A stretch of DNA of 9,030 bases, taken from the IMG/VR virus record IMGVR_UViG_2667527898_000028. One strand, written 5' to 3'. The position numbers and the translations under genes are program-made. A model generated the notes under the pieces. That model made no database searches, was not told the origin of the DNA, and saw only the letters and a program-made list of their open reading frames with translations. Within the stretch, counting starts at the first letter, position 1, and each line of letters begins with the position of its first letter. This document shows, piece by piece, positions 7,489 through 9,030 of this stretch. Source of the stretch: a virus. Taxonomy: Duplodnaviria; Heunggongvirae; Uroviricota; Caudoviricetes.

Positions 7489-7564
7489 TTTAACGTATGT
7501 CGCCAATTTCCTGATGAAGGTGACTGGCGACTTGCTGTTGTATGTCCTTCTCAGAAAATTGTTT

Positions 7565-7593
7565 TTGAATAATAAACAACAGGATTTTATAAT
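7565..7593 (+). promoter_or_regulatory. Near-consensus sigma70 promoter for the acetyltransferase cargo gene
   Basis: TTGAAT (7565..7570), 17-nt spacer, TATAAT (7588..7593), in an AT-rich context about 50 nt upstream of the RBS. Confidence 0.45.
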
Positions 7594-7644
7594 CTCTTAA
7601 CCTTATAACATGTGTGGTCTGAAATAATAATTAAGGAGATTATC

Positions 7645-8217
7645 GTGCTGTCTTACCTAATGGCAATTCACTTTGTTTTATTTGGGAACTCTACTAATTT
7701 AAAAAACTTCTGGAAACATGAAGTAATTCGGCGGAAACGTATGGATATCTGGAGGCTTTTAAGAGAGAAAAAGCAGCGTAACAGGAATTTCCTTTTCTGG
7801 TGGCGGTTGGCTAACGAAATGTATATTAATGGTAATAAATTACATAAGAAAGCTGCTAAAAAGTTAAACAATAAAATAATTAACAATTTTGGTTGCGAGA
7901 TTGGACTGGGCGCAAAAATTGGAAAAGGGCTAACAATTCCCCATCACGCTGGAATTGTTGTTCATTTTGCTGTTGATGCTGGTGAAAATCTGGTGTTACG
8001 ACAGAATACTACTATTGGACAGATAGATGGTGACATACCTGGTTCAAGAGTAAAAATTGGTAGTAACGTTGATATCGGAGCTAATTGTTGCATCATTGGA
8101 TTATCTCGTAAAATTGGGGATAATGTAAAAATAGGCGCAATGTCTTTTATAAATAAAGATATACCATCGAACTGCACATATATAACTAAAAAGAACGGTG
8201 TTGTTTTGTATAAATAG
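7645..8217 (+). CDS. Hexapeptide-repeat (left-handed beta-helix) O-acetyltransferase, WcaB / serine-acetyltransferase-like
   Basis: The ORF-track frame starts at GTG 7612. GTG 7645 is preferred because AAGGAG sits 6 nt upstream; ATG 7660 is an alternative. The C-terminal half carries imperfect hexapeptide repeats (GAKIGKGLTIPHHAGIVV, TTIGQIDGDIPGSRVKIGSNVDIGANCCIIG, IGDNVKIGAMSFI) after a basic helical N-terminal part, as in WcaB/CysE-type acetyltransferases. Codon usage is strongly AT-rich compared with the tail genes. Confidence 0.85.
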   Translation: MLSYLMAIHFVLFGNSTNLKNFWKHEVIRRKRMDIWRLLREKKQRNRNFLFWWRLANEMYINGNKLHKKAAKKLNNKIINNFGCEIGLGAKIGKGLTIPHHAGIVVHFAVDAGENLVLRQNTTIGQIDGDIPGSRVKIGSNVDIGANCCIIGLSRKIGDNVKIGAMSFINKDIPSNCTYITKKNGVVLYK

Positions 8218-8227
8218 AGCACATAAA

Positions 8228-8262
8228 GCCATCGATATTTCTATCGATGGCTTTTTCTTTTT
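8228..8262. terminator. Rho-independent terminator between convergent genes, probably bidirectional
   Basis: Perfect 10-bp stem GCCATCGATA / TATCGATGGC with TTTC loop, followed by TTTTTCTTTTT on the plus strand. It sits between the acetyltransferase stop (8217) and the tfa stop (8261..8263). Confidence 0.75.
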
Positions 8263-8754
8263 ATTGTGGGGCGACTGGCCACTCAATATCTGCTGCTACT
8301 GTTGTATCAACACGATGCAACAATACTCGATATGTCTTCCATGCAGCCAGTAACGATGTCTCTTCCTCCGTCGCAATATCTAAATCTATAGCATCCTGAA
8401 GTGGTGCAATATGCTCACTGGCTACCTGCATCAGGCTGTTTTTTGTTTCTTCCGCCTCCCTTATCCGAAATAGTTTTTCTGCTTCTGCATCTTTCACCCA
8501 GGATGTGCCGTTCCACTTCTGATACTCTCCATACGGCGACAACCAGGTAACATTTTCCGGTAACGGACCGAGTTCAGAAATAAATAACGAGTCCCCTGAT
8601 GCCACGTCATAAACCGTTTTACCCCGATGGTCTTCAACGAGATGCCACGATGCCTCATCACTGTTGAAAACAACCACGAAGCCAGCCGGAATATCTGGGC
8701 AATATCAGTACTGTTTGCAGGCAAACCTGTATGAAGTGGAATGGCACAAGAGAC
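8261..8754 (-). pseudogene. Tail fibre assembly protein (Tfa/gpG family), frameshifted and 5'-truncated
   Basis: The C-terminal part (ORF 8261..8677) ends ...[26 protein letters not shown], the conserved Tfa C-terminus. Upstream, the homology continues in another frame (ORF 8494..8724, ...[12 protein letters not shown]) and switches frame at about 8696..8700, in a C-run, to ...[18 protein letters not shown]. The open frame ends at a stop at 8755..8757, so the usual N-terminal 30-40 aa are absent. Confidence 0.7.
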
Positions 8755-9030
8755 TTACAAAAGAATCAGGCAAAACGCCTGATTGATGAGAGCCCCGAAC
8801 TACTGAAATCTGTCGTCAAATTTGCGCTGGTAACTGTTCTGAGAAAGTCGAACATCATAAATCTGGAGTGGCAACAGATTGACATGCAGCGACAAGTTGC
8901 CAGGGTGAATCCAGAAGATAGCAAATCAAACCGCGCCATTGGTGTGGCGCTGAACGATACCGCCTCTAAAGTGTTGCGTGATCAAACAGGCAAGCATCAC
9001 AAATGTGGGTGTACATACCAGGGCGGCTAA
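8731..9030 (+). pseudogene. Tyrosine-integrase fragment (start of the catalytic domain only)
   Basis: 99-aa ORF containing [47 protein letters not shown], the Arg-box / L-x-W-x-x-I-D region at the start of phage integrase catalytic domains. It lacks the N-terminal DNA-binding part and the downstream H-x-x-R ... Y catalytic residues, and ends ...[12 protein letters not shown] at a stop at the window edge. Confidence 0.6.

Noticed and set aside
7499-7531. Inverted repeat GTCGCCA ... TGGCGAC (7-bp arms, 19-nt loop) just after U
   Set aside because: It could be a U-operon terminator, but the loop is large and no T-run follows. I could not match it convincingly to the other block boundary, so it is left as unassigned structure.
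7612-7644. Upstream GTG start for the acetyltransferase given by the ORF track
   Set aside because: It is only a few nt downstream of the predicted transcription start and has no RBS. GTG 7645 has AAGGAG at ideal spacing, so the 5' extension is probably not translated.
1-9030. tRNA genes, CRISPR arrays, IS elements or att-site repeats
   Set aside because: No cloverleaf-like segments, no regularly spaced direct repeats, and no transposase-like ORFs are visible. The only integrase-like sequence is the truncated fragment at the right edge.

Overview
This window is a rearranged, partly decayed P2-like (peduovirus-type) prophage tail region in an enterobacterial-type genome. Calls rest on reading the ORF-track proteins against remembered family signatures, not on any search. 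The minus strand at the left carries a small Hok/Gef-like toxin ORF (1..141), an Ogr/Delta-type zinc-finger activator (333..593) and a gpD-like tail gene (636..1745). Divergent from D, the plus strand carries an apparently intact FI (sheath), FII (tube), E/E' (with a candidate -1 frameshift site), T (tape measure) and U. After U there is a visibly AT-rich cargo gene with its own promoter and terminator, encoding a WcaB/CysE-like hexapeptide-repeat O-acetyltransferase (7645..8217). The right end is a frameshifted, 5'-truncated tail-fibre-assembly pseudogene (8261..8754) abutting a short integrase fragment (8731..9030). The strand arrangement differs from canonical P2 order, where FI-FII-E-T-U-D-ogr are co-directional. 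No rRNA, tRNA, CRISPR array or transposase was seen. Hand-derived coordinates may be off by 1-2 nt; ORF-track coordinates were used wherever possible.
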